From the IMG/VR virus record IMGVR_UViG_3300043178_000054, positions 1-43,736 of that record: a DNA stretch of 43,736 nucleotides. One strand, given 5' to 3'. Made by a program: the position numbers and the translations under genes. Below, one piece after another: positions 31,252 to 40,200 of this stretch; position 1 is the first letter of the stretch; each line of letters opens with the position of its first letter. Origin of the DNA: a virus. The notes beneath the pieces are model-generated. The model was not told the origin of the DNA. It saw nothing but the letters and a program-made list of their open reading frames with translations, and did no database searches.

Positions 31252-31701
31252 ATGCCTGAAGACGAAGTGAACTTCAACGCGCTTCTCGACAAGCAGGCGG
31301 ACGACATCAAGCCGCCGCAGCCGCTGCCCCTCGGCACCTACCTCTTCATCGTCCAGAAGAAGGAGTACGGCGTCTCTTCCCAGAAGAAGACGCCGTACCT
31401 CCGTGTGTACCTGAAGCCGATGCAGGCGGAGGCGGACGTCGACCCGGTGCAGCTTCAGGAGCTCGACCTGGAGAAGATGACCCTCCGCGACGAGTTCTAC
31501 CTGACGGAAGCCGCCATGTACCGGCTCAAGGAGTTCGTCGAGAAGTGCGGCATCTCGACCACCGGCCGCCAGATGCTGGAGTGTGTGAACTCCATCGACG
31601 GGTGCTACGTCAAGGCGCACGTCAAGATCCGGCCGAACAAGGACCGTCCGGGGCACCCCGGCTTCAACGAGGTCACGGACTACACGTCCGTCGAGGGCTG
31701 A
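31252..31701 (+). CDS. DUF669-like phage ssDNA-binding protein candidate (149 aa)
   Basis: GAGGAA RBS. Size and position immediately after the Sak4-like ATPase. Family membership is recalled, not tested. Confidence 0.45.
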   Translation: MPEDEVNFNALLDKQADDIKPPQPLPLGTYLFIVQKKEYGVSSQKKTPYLRVYLKPMQAEADVDPVQLQELDLEKMTLRDEFYLTEAAMYRLKEFVEKCGISTTGRQMLECVNSIDGCYVKAHVKIRPNKDRPGHPGFNEVTDYTSVEG

Positions 31702-31762
31702 AAGGAGACTTCATGGCACTGCGCTGGGCCGGTCTCGAGGACCGGCACCACCCACCAACCCG

Positions 31763-31795
31763 GGGGGAGGGAGCATAACTGGAGCTCCCTCCCCC
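31763..31795 (+). terminator. Terminator-like hairpin (12-bp GC stem gggggagggagc/gctccctccccc, 9-nt loop) followed by a pyrimidine-rich tract
   Basis: Read directly. Lies between the SSB-like gene and the methyltransferase gene. Confidence 0.5.
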
Positions 31796-31814
31796 TCTCT
31801 TCTGGAGCCTTCCT

Positions 31815-33152
31815 GTGCCTGCCATTCCCAAGTTCTACTCCGTTCCGATCACCAAGATCCTCGTTGAGGGTCGCTCGCGAAGCGACTACGGAGACCTCGA
31901 TTCCCTTGCGGACAGCATCTCCCGCTTCGGCCTTCTCCACCCCATCGTAGTTACCAAGGACTTCAAGCTGGTAGCAGGGGAGCGTCGCCTCCGAGCCTGC
32001 CAGAAGCTCAAGCGAACAGACATCGAAGTTCACTTCTTCGAAGAGATCGACGAGTTCGACATCGAAGCAGTCGAGCTGGCTGAGAACGTCCAGCGCCTGG
32101 ACTTCGACTGGAAGGAGAAGGCCAAGCTGATCGACAAGTATCACACCCACAGGAAGAGGAAGAACCCTGAGTGGGATGTCTCCTGCACCGCCGACGCTCT
32201 CGACTCCAGCGAAACGTTCATCAAACGAGCGATTGCCGTTGCGAAGGAGTTGGATTCTCCAATGAGAGAGAGGCTCGCCGGCGCCGACTCTATCAACGTA
32301 GCCTACAACATCATCGAGCGCGAACGGGCACGCGCCGCCGACGTTGAGGCTGCGCTTCTACTCTCCGCCACCGTTGCTCCCACCCTGGGTGGAGAGACCA
32401 AGATGCCAACGCAGGAAGAGCGGGATGCCGCCTATCGGCGTCTCCACTCCTCTGCGCTCAACTCAGTCTTCAACTGCTCCTTCGCAGAGTACCTGGAAAA
32501 AGACTGGTGCGGCCAAACTTTCTCCGTCTTCCACTGCGACTTCCCCTATGGAGTGGGCCACCACGCCTCCGAGCAGGGTGGCGTCTCCCGCCGTGCGGGC
32601 GAGGAATACCAGGACACCCAGGAGATCTTCTGGGACTTGTGCAATCAGCTCGTGGCGGCGTTCCCCAAGATTGCCCAGCCCAAGTTCCACATCTTCTTCT
32701 GGTACCCAGTCGCCCAGTATACCGAGGTTGTCGCCTTCTGGCGTGACAAGGTTGGCCTCTGGGTTGACCCGGTTCCTTACATCTGGTTCAAGTCGGACAA
32801 CACTGGGATTCTCCCAGACCATCGCAGGAGCGCACGCCGCGTCTACGAGTCGGCTCTTCTCATGTCCTTTGGAGATCGCCTCCTCACGAAGCCAATCTCC
32901 AACGTGTTCTCCCACCCCTCCCGAAAGGAGAATGCGCAGCATCCCTCAGAGAAACCCTACGAGGTGGTGCGGTACTTTCTCTCTTCTATTGTGGATGAAC
33001 ACACCAGCTTCCTGGACCCGACTTGTGGGGCTGGAAGCGCACTCGCCGCAGCGGACATGCTCAAGGCGCCCCTAGTCATCGGCTGTGAGGAGAATGGCAT
33101 CCACGCCAACAGCGCCAGGTCCTGGCTGATCAAGACCAGGAGCGGACTGTAA
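31815..33152 (+). CDS. ParB-like nuclease domain fused to an N6-adenine/N4-cytosine DNA methyltransferase (445 aa)
   Basis: N-terminal HPIVV...LVAGERRLRAC (ParB/Srx-like). Methyltransferase motif IV CDFPYG (DPPY-type), HPSEKP, and motif I FLDPTCGAGS. Motif IV precedes motif I (beta class). GTG 31815 with a GGAG RBS. Confidence 0.8.
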   Translation: MPAIPKFYSVPITKILVEGRSRSDYGDLDSLADSISRFGLLHPIVVTKDFKLVAGERRLRACQKLKRTDIEVHFFEEIDEFDIEAVELAENVQRLDFDWKEKAKLIDKYHTHRKRKNPEWDVSCTADALDSSETFIKRAIAVAKELDSPMRERLAGADSINVAYNIIERERARAADVEAALLLSATVAPTLGGETKMPTQEERDAAYRRLHSSALNSVFNCSFAEYLEKDWCGQTFSVFHCDFPYGVGHHASEQGGVSRRAGEEYQDTQEIFWDLCNQLVAAFPKIAQPKFHIFFWYPVAQYTEVVAFWRDKVGLWVDPVPYIWFKSDNTGILPDHRRSARRVYESALLMSFGDRLLTKPISNVFSHPSRKENAQHPSEKPYEVVRYFLSSIVDEHTSFLDPTCGAGSALAAADMLKAPLVIGCEENGIHANSARSWLIKTRSGL

Positions 33153-34195
33153 TGCGGACTGGCAACGAGGTCGTCAAGGGGGCTGCGACGGCCATCGTTG
33201 GTGAAGCCTGGGGAGAACAAGAGGAGCTCCTTCGAGCTCCCTTTCAAGGTTCCTCCGGCGCGGAGCTGCGTCGGATGCTTCGGCAGGTTGGCCTCGGCCC
33301 CGTCTCTCTAACCAACGTTTTCAACCTCCGACCGCCCAGCAACAACCTGGAGCTCCTCTGTGAGAAGGGCCGCCCGCCAGGAGTGGAACCTCCCTTCTCC
33401 AGCTCCCTGACCAAGGGCCTCTACCTCAAGCCAGAGTTTCACGACCAGGTTCGTGGGCTCTACCAGGACCTGGAGGAGCTTGCTCCAACCCTGGTGGTGT
33501 GCCTCGGCAACACTGCCATCTGGGCGCTTTCTCAGCAAACCCCCAAAGTATCCTCCATCCGCGGCACTCTTTGGCGCAGCCCGTTGGGATACAAGTGCCT
33601 GGCTACCTACCACCCAGCAGCCGTCCTCCGCGCGTGGGATCTCCACCCCATCGTCATAGCAGACCTGATGAAGGCCAAGAGAGAGGAGAACTCTCCAGAC
33701 ATCAAGCGCCCCGCGCGGTGCGTATGGATCAAGCCCTCGCTTCGAGATCTGGAGGACTGGCTCCCCAAGATCCTCTCCGCCCCAGCGGTCTCGATCGACT
33801 GCGAGACGAAGCGGTTTGGGCGGTCCTATCAAATCACCTGCATCGGGTTCTCAGTTCATCCGAGCGAGGCCTTCGTCGTTCCCTTCGTCTGGGGGATGAA
33901 GTCCTACTGGGAGACCCTCTCTGACGAGATTGCTGCTTGGAAGTTTGTCCGTCAGATCTGCACCAGCAAGCTGACGAAGGTTCTTCAGAATCATTTCTTC
34001 GACGCCTACGTCTTGTGGAAGGTGGTCCGCATCCCGGTGCTGCCGCCGATCCGAGACACGATGCTCTCCCACCATGCGCTCTTCCCAGAGCTGGAGAAGT
34101 CCCTCGCCTTCCAAGGTTCCATCTACACACAAGAACCGGCATGGAAGCTCGAACGTCCTCGAGGTTTCAAAACAGAAAAGGGAGAAGAAGAATGA
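33152..34195 (+). CDS. DNA polymerase N-terminal fragment: family-4 UDG-like domain plus 3'-5' exonuclease motifs ExoI and ExoII
   Basis: GEAWGEQEE and YHPAAVLR (UDG family-4-like). VSIDCETK (ExoI). VLQNHFFDAYVL (ExoII). TAATG junction with the upstream gene. Confidence 0.75.
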   Translation: MRTGNEVVKGAATAIVGEAWGEQEELLRAPFQGSSGAELRRMLRQVGLGPVSLTNVFNLRPPSNNLELLCEKGRPPGVEPPFSSSLTKGLYLKPEFHDQVRGLYQDLEELAPTLVVCLGNTAIWALSQQTPKVSSIRGTLWRSPLGYKCLATYHPAAVLRAWDLHPIVIADLMKAKREENSPDIKRPARCVWIKPSLRDLEDWLPKILSAPAVSIDCETKRFGRSYQITCIGFSVHPSEAFVVPFVWGMKSYWETLSDEIAAWKFVRQICTSKLTKVLQNHFFDAYVLWKVVRIPVLPPIRDTMLSHHALFPELEKSLAFQGSIYTQEPAWKLERPRGFKTEKGEEE

Positions 34196-34482
34196 ACCCG
34201 AAGTGCTTCGACCAGTCCGACCAAGACCCGGTGCCGGGGGAGTATGAGGAGCGGGCAGGAATGAGCTGTGAGGAGTGTGGGTCCCCGCAGCTCCGCACGA
34301 CTGACGACGAGGGGTACGTTCAGATCTGGTGCCCCTTCGCCAACGCTGAGCCTTGCATCGAGTGTGAACACGATCACGCGACAAGGGAGTGCGACGGTTG
34401 TACGCTCGCCTTCTGCAAGGAGCACCTAACCGAGGGCCTGTGCAAAGAGTGTTCCCGCGTGGAGTCTGACAACGAGGTTTGA
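34192..34482 (+). CDS. Cys-rich zinc-finger-like protein (96 aa) inserted between the polymerase fragments
   Basis: ATGA overlap with the upstream stop. 11 Cys, including CEEC, CIEC, CDGC and CKEC pairs. Confidence 0.5.
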   Translation: MNPKCFDQSDQDPVPGEYEERAGMSCEECGSPQLRTTDDEGYVQIWCPFANAEPCIECEHDHATRECDGCTLAFCKEHLTEGLCKECSRVESDNEV

Positions 34483-34491
34483 CCACTTCGC

Positions 34492-35985
34492 GTGCTTCGT
34501 GTAAACTCCGCGAATGGGGCATTCCAAGTGGCCGAGCTGATCCATACCGAGGATTACGAGTATCCTAACTACGGAAGCTCTGCCCAAATCAACATCTACT
34601 GTGGGCTGGACTGCTGCGTTACGTTGGAGTGTGACGCCGCACACGAGGAGCTCCACGACGCGGTGTCCAGGAAGACCCTGGCCTTCTCAGAGAGGGCTGG
34701 GGTCTTGGCGCTTTGTCTCTCCCTTCGAGGTCTTCGTGTGGACGAGGGGGAGAGGGCCAAGCTCGCCCTCACCATCAATGCTCGAAAGACAAGGATGGAG
34801 GCGCTCCTCAACCGCTTCGCTCGTGTGGTCTGGAACCAGGACTTGAATCCCAGATCCTACCAACAGCTTCAGGAGTTCTTCTACTCCACCATGCGGGTCC
34901 CTCCCGTAGTGGAGAGGTTCAAGGGTGTGGAGAGAGTGACAACCAACAGGAAGGCACTGGAGAAGATTGCCAAGCACAGCATCCACGCCAAGCTCTTCGT
35001 CAACTGCATCCTCTTCATCCGGGATCTGTCTAAAACCCTCGGAGTTCTCCATGGTGGCGTAGACTCGGATGGCCGGATGCGGTTCTCCTTCAACCCAGCT
35101 GGCACCGAGACGGGTCGCTGGTCCTCCCGCAAGAACCCGATGGGCGGAGGCACCAACGCCCAAAACATCACCGACGAGCTCCGCCGAATCTTCATTCCAG
35201 ACGAAGGCTATTTCTTCGCTTACGTGGACTTGAAGAGCGCAGAGTCCATCGCCGTTGGCTTCTACTCTGGAGACGAGGACTACATCAAGGCTTGTCTCAC
35301 CGGGGACGTGCACTCCGCAGTGGTCGAGATGATCTGGCCTGGGCAGAACCCCAAGGCTCCCTACTACCGGCACTTCTCCCACCGCGATATCACGAAGCGC
35401 CTTGGCCACGCAAGCAACTACTATGGCACACCCTTCGGAATCGCCCAACAGGTAGCTGTTGATAAGAGCGTCATCGCCACCTTCCAGCAGCTCTACTTCC
35501 GACGCTTTCCCGGGATCAAGCGGTGGCACCTCAAGGTAGCCCAAGAGCTCCAACAGACTCGTCGGCTCACCAATATCTTCGGTCGGAGAAGGCAGTTCTT
35601 TGGGCGGCCCTACGAGGACGAAACCCTTCGCGAGGCCATTGCGAACCTGCCGCAATCCACTGTTGCGGACTATGCCAATGAGGGAATCCTCCGAGTCTTC
35701 GAGACCTTTGATCGGGGGGACCCTAATGCGGACGTGAAGGTAGCCTCGCAGCTACACGACGCCGGGCTGTTCCAGGTGCGTTTGGGCAAGGAGCACCTCG
35801 TTAGGGAAATCCAGCGGCTGATGTCCTTCCCCGTTTCCTTTGGCACCAGAACCATGACCATTCCGACAGATGCGGAAGTGGGCTTCAACTTCTCCAAACA
35901 ATCAGCTGAAAACCCTAATGGCCTGGGTAAGAGTCTCGAAGGCAAGACTCTCAAACTCGGCTCCATCCTCGAGACCGTCTTCTAA
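34492..35985 (+). CDS. Family-A DNA polymerase C-terminal fragment (ExoIII plus polymerase domain)
   Basis: IYCGLDCCVTLE (ExoIII, Yx3D). Motif A YVDLKSAES, motif B RDITKRLGHASNYYG, motif C QLHDAG. GTG 34492 lies in the same frame as ORF 34192-34482, separated by TGA plus 3 codons. Confidence 0.8.
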   Translation: MLRVNSANGAFQVAELIHTEDYEYPNYGSSAQINIYCGLDCCVTLECDAAHEELHDAVSRKTLAFSERAGVLALCLSLRGLRVDEGERAKLALTINARKTRMEALLNRFARVVWNQDLNPRSYQQLQEFFYSTMRVPPVVERFKGVERVTTNRKALEKIAKHSIHAKLFVNCILFIRDLSKTLGVLHGGVDSDGRMRFSFNPAGTETGRWSSRKNPMGGGTNAQNITDELRRIFIPDEGYFFAYVDLKSAESIAVGFYSGDEDYIKACLTGDVHSAVVEMIWPGQNPKAPYYRHFSHRDITKRLGHASNYYGTPFGIAQQVAVDKSVIATFQQLYFRRFPGIKRWHLKVAQELQQTRRLTNIFGRRRQFFGRPYEDETLREAIANLPQSTVADYANEGILRVFETFDRGDPNADVKVASQLHDAGLFQVRLGKEHLVREIQRLMSFPVSFGTRTMTIPTDAEVGFNFSKQSAENPNGLGKSLEGKTLKLGSILETVF

Positions 35986-35990
35986 CGTCC

Positions 35991-37205
35991 ATGCGCCGCC
36001 TCAAATCCTGGCTTGATGGCTTCATCTCCTACACGGACGGACTTCCGTCCTCCCGAATGTTTCGCTGGTGGGCTGGAGCGGTCTGTGTCTCAGGAGCCCT
36101 GGAGCGAAAGAACTCCACCTTCATCTCTGACAAGTACGTTTACCCAAACCTCTACGTCCTGTTCGTTGGGCCACCCGCTTCCGGCAAGACCATTGCCATC
36201 GACGAGGCAAAGACGATTCTCCGTGAGGTAAACGGCATCCGCCTGGGTCCAGATGACGCCACAGAAGCAGCCCTCTACGACCGGCTGCAGAAGGCGCTCA
36301 AGACCACTGTCCGTCCAGCGCTTCCCCCACTCCAGCATCACTCCCTTACCACCCTCATCGGGGAGTTTGGTACCCTTCTCACTCCTGGAGACATCCGGCT
36401 GTGCAACGCCCTAACGTCTCTCTTCGACTGTCCAGAGGTCTTCGACAAGGGGCGTCGCGTGACGGAGGACAACTTCATCGAGCGTTGTTTCCTCACGCTC
36501 CTTGGAGGCACTACAGCTAGTTCCCTTGGCGAGCTTTTCACTCCGCGAATCCTGGAGCAAGGCCTTCCCTCTCGCTTCATCCTTGTCTACTCCGACAAGG
36601 TGACGGAACGGCCACCCCTCTTCAGGGACGAGCGGGAGCAGATGGAAAGAGAACGAAAGAGGCAGGAGCTTCGCTCCCACCTCATTGCGGATCTCAAAGA
36701 GATCAATGAGATGAATGGTCCATTTTTCTGGTCAGACGAAGCGGCGCAACTCATGATCGACTGGCACCAGAACGAGATGGCCCCCAAGGTCGAGGACACC
36801 CGCTTTACCTACTACAACGACCGGAGGTTAGTCCACTTCACGAAGCTCCTCATGGTGATTTCCGCCTCCTCCCGAGGCGACTACATCATTGAAGCAGAGG
36901 ATTTCAACATCGGCAGGAAAATGTTCCTGGAAACGGAAACCTCCATGCCGCAAGCCCTTCAGTATTCCGCCTCCAACCAGTTCTATAACGAGCTGGTTCG
37001 CCTTGTTGTCTTCGTCCACACCGAGTTCGGCCGAACGAAGCGGGGTGTTCCGGAGTGGAAGCTCCGCAAGTTGGTCTCCCGAAACGTCCCCTTCCAGATG
37101 ATCGACGCCACGATTGAGGCGCTGGTGAACCAGAGGGAGCTTGGTGCCTCCGGTACCCCAGGCAACCGAGTGTTCACGCCACTGGTCAAGACGCCGGAGG
37201 CGTGA
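35991..37205 (+). CDS. P-loop NTPase, DUF3987-like putative replicative helicase (404 aa)
   Basis: Walker A FVGPPASGKT and Walker B RFILVYSD. Last gene of the replication block. Family membership is recalled, not tested. Confidence 0.5.
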   Translation: MRRLKSWLDGFISYTDGLPSSRMFRWWAGAVCVSGALERKNSTFISDKYVYPNLYVLFVGPPASGKTIAIDEAKTILREVNGIRLGPDDATEAALYDRLQKALKTTVRPALPPLQHHSLTTLIGEFGTLLTPGDIRLCNALTSLFDCPEVFDKGRRVTEDNFIERCFLTLLGGTTASSLGELFTPRILEQGLPSRFILVYSDKVTERPPLFRDEREQMERERKRQELRSHLIADLKEINEMNGPFFWSDEAAQLMIDWHQNEMAPKVEDTRFTYYNDRRLVHFTKLLMVISASSRGDYIIEAEDFNIGRKMFLETETSMPQALQYSASNQFYNELVRLVVFVHTEFGRTKRGVPEWKLRKLVSRNVPFQMIDATIEALVNQRELGASGTPGNRVFTPLVKTPEA

Positions 37206-37217
37206 GGCGCCGGCAGA

Positions 37218-37256
37218 GAAAAGCCCCTAGGCCCATTTCGGACCTAGGGGCTTTTC
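37218..37256. terminator. Bidirectional terminator; conserved hairpin family, copy 4: gaaaagcccctagg-cccatttcgga-cctaggggcttttc
   Basis: Perfect 14-bp stem whose A4/T4 ends give a U-tract in both directions. Lies between the convergent stops at 37205 and 37273. Confidence 0.85.
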
Positions 37257-37272
37257 ACTTCCCCTTCGCGCT

Positions 37273-40200
37273 TTAGCGCCCCAAAACCGCGTGCTTCGTC
37301 TTGTAGTCGTTGTATTCCTTGAACTGCCGATCCATCAGCTCTTCGTTAGCGTTCAAGAACCTGGCCTCGCCGGAGGCGTGGACCGAGGCTGGGTCAATGC
37401 CCATCTGCGCAGCCCGGCGAAGGAGGTTCGCCAGCCCCTTGACGTCTCGCTCCTCCAGGAGCTGCGCGTACTCTTCGCCAAGTAGGGTTACCGCCTCCTT
37501 CCGAGACTCCTGCCTTCGCCACAGCTCCGAACTGACGTCGAAGCTCTTCATTACCTGCGTGCTGGGCAATCCCATGATGTAGCCCAGCCGCTCCGCCAGG
37601 TCCAAATCCCCGATGAGCTGGTTCCCCGTCTTGAGGGAGCGGATGGCTCCATCTGCCGTGGTCTGGTGTGCTCGATACATCCAGCGCGGAGCCAGGGCCT
37701 TCATGAACTCGTCGAAGACCTTGGCAGACTCTCCAGGTCCGCGCCCTGTCTCTGTGAATGTGTCGATGGTGGACTGGCTCACATTCGCAAAGGCCTTGGC
37801 CCGCTCCCAGGTAGCAATCGAGAACAGCGAGTTGACATCTCGCAGCGGATCTGAGAAGGGAGCTGCAGCCCGAGAGGAGAGGCTCACCCCCAGGAAGCTC
37901 GGCAACCCGTAGAAGATGGCGTCGAGAGGTAGGCTGTCCCCGTCTGCACCCATTCCCTCGTAGACAGCGCTCACCGCATCCTTGTCCGCCGCAAAGCGGG
38001 AGAAGGCGTCCAGGGCGAAGTAACCAGGAACTGCGGTTAGGCCACCAACGGCTCCCGTACCTGCCATCGCCCAAGCCAGTGGCGCAACGTCCCCCGTCTT
38101 GATCCCATGCTTCACATAGGCCATCATGTTCCAGATGTAGTGGGCGGGCCAGTTCTTGAACATTCCCCACGCTGAACCAATCGGACCTGTCATCACTGCA
38201 GCCCGGTCCGCCGTGCTGTAGTTGAACATGGTCCGCTCTGTGAACCGCTTGGCGAAGAGGTTGGCCTTCTCACCCTCGAGACCGCGGAAGTCCTTGGCGA
38301 GACGACGGCCAAGGAGGAAGCTGTGCATTCGCACAAACTCCTCCGACTTGGCTGCCGGCAGCTTGTCCGCCTCCAGCAGGAACTTCAAAATGTCCACGTC
38401 GCCCCGACGGAGCGCCGAAGCGGTGACGTCCCCACTCAGCTCTCCAACGTACTCCTCGACGAAGCGGGGTGACACCACCCCATTATCCAGTGCCCAGCGA
38501 ACGTCCGCCCAGACGTCCTTGTCCTTGGTCATCTTCCGGAAGTCGTCCATCGCCACCTTAGCCAGCTTCAACGGTTCGATGTGAGACATCGCAACCGTGC
38601 CCTTGGACGATGGAATCAGCGCCGTGGAGTAGTATTTCTGCAGCGCCTTGGTCGGCGCTCGCAGCGTGAACATGACCTCCGGCATCCCCGTCTGGAGGTA
38701 TGTTGTGGCGTTCAGAACGGGGAAGCCGACGTCCAGCGCCCCGAAGGTGAGGTGGAACATCGCCTGGTTGAGCGCCCGAGTGACAGAGCTCAGCGGCACG
38801 CCAACTGCATGCAACGCGGCCCGGTCGATGGCTTCCGAGATGCTGTTCGGTACAGGCTTCCCAAACGCCTGGAACGTGTATCTATTGAGCCATTCCGCTA
38901 CCAGGGGGAACTCCCCTCCCAGGTCCTTCATCATCCCACCCAGCATCGTCACCGGAGCAGTCCCCGGGTTCACTCCGCCAAGCCGGCTGAGCGTGGGTTG
39001 GAGCAGCTTGTTCCGCACCATCGCCTCACCGATGTAGCGCTCCTTCTCCCACAGGTTCGCTGCAATCTTGGACTTGATCTCTGGTCCGGTGAGTGGGCGG
39101 AGCCCTCCCGCGAATCCCTGAGCGTTCACGAGCCGAATAGGCTGGAGGCGTCCCGGCCGCGCCGGGGCAGTGACGAACTGGAGTCGCGCCTCTCGGGCAG
39201 CCGCCTCCGCCGGGTGGCCCTCCGAGATCATGTTCATGAGCTCCAGATCGTTCTCAGCACCCAGCGCACGCAGCTCCTCAGGGAAGTCCTTCCGGAAGCG
39301 CCCGGTTCCAGCGGAGGCCTTCTTCCAGGTAATGTCGAAGCCCTTCTCCTTGAGCGCCGCGCGAAGCGCCTCGGCCTCCCGCATCACCTCCGCCCGAGAG
39401 TTGCCTGAGGCGAAGTCGATCAGGGTCTCCGCGCCATTCTCCCCCTTGACGTAGAGGGGCAACCGGAGATTCCCTCTCCATCCCCGGGAGATCAAGTAGT
39501 ATTCCGAGCTCATGGTCATGGGCTTCAGCCCATAGGCTTCAGTAGCCAGAATCAGATCCCGGTCAGAATCCAGCCGCATCTCTCGCAGCTTGCTCAACGT
39601 GCGAAGCACGCTTGCATCCATCTTGTGCGAAGCCGCCTCGACTAGAGACATCTTTCCAAAAACCGCTGCGGAGAACTGCTGAAGTGCCGGAATCCCCTTT
39701 GCCGTTCGCTCCTCCATCTCATCAATGAGTGGGAAGATGCCACCGTTTCGCTCCGCTCCACGAAGAATGACATCCGAGGGGCCGGTCGGCTGACGGAACC
39801 CCTGCCCAAGCCGTCCGGCAGTTGCCCGAACGACGCGCGCTCGCGCCCGGTCGGCCACCTCCTTGATGAGGAGCTGCGCCCTGGCACCAGACAGTGAATC
39901 AGAGAACTTGGCGTTGCTGGGAGCGAAGTAGTTCTTGAACACATGCTTCAGCGTGTTGGCGCCCACAGCCAGGTCCGAGGCCAGGGAGTCATCCCCCAAC
40001 CCACGGACAGCCTTCTGCCAGAGCTCTCCAATCTTGCTTGGCTCAACCGTTCCTCCGACCCACTGAGCCTGTGGATCAAGCAGCAGATCCGCTACCGGCT
40101 TCACGTCCTTGGCAAGACCGATCCCCTGCCCCGGCAGATTGACCGAGGTTCCAGGTGCCCTTGCACGAGCCCTGAGTTCGAACCCGGCTGGGACGTGCTT

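Noticed and set aside
34480-34482. Genome-wide TGA reassignment (alternative genetic code), suggested by the in-frame TGA between the Cys-rich ORF and the polymerase
   Set aside because: TGA serves as a sensible stop at many coupled junctions (ATGA/GTGA), and gene lengths are normal under the standard code. Only local readthrough remains as a speculative option.
40161-40190. tRNA T-arm-like string gagttcgaaccc
   Set aside because: It lies inside the 1436-aa coding sequence with no acceptor, D or anticodon arms around it. No tRNA cloverleaf was found anywhere in the window.
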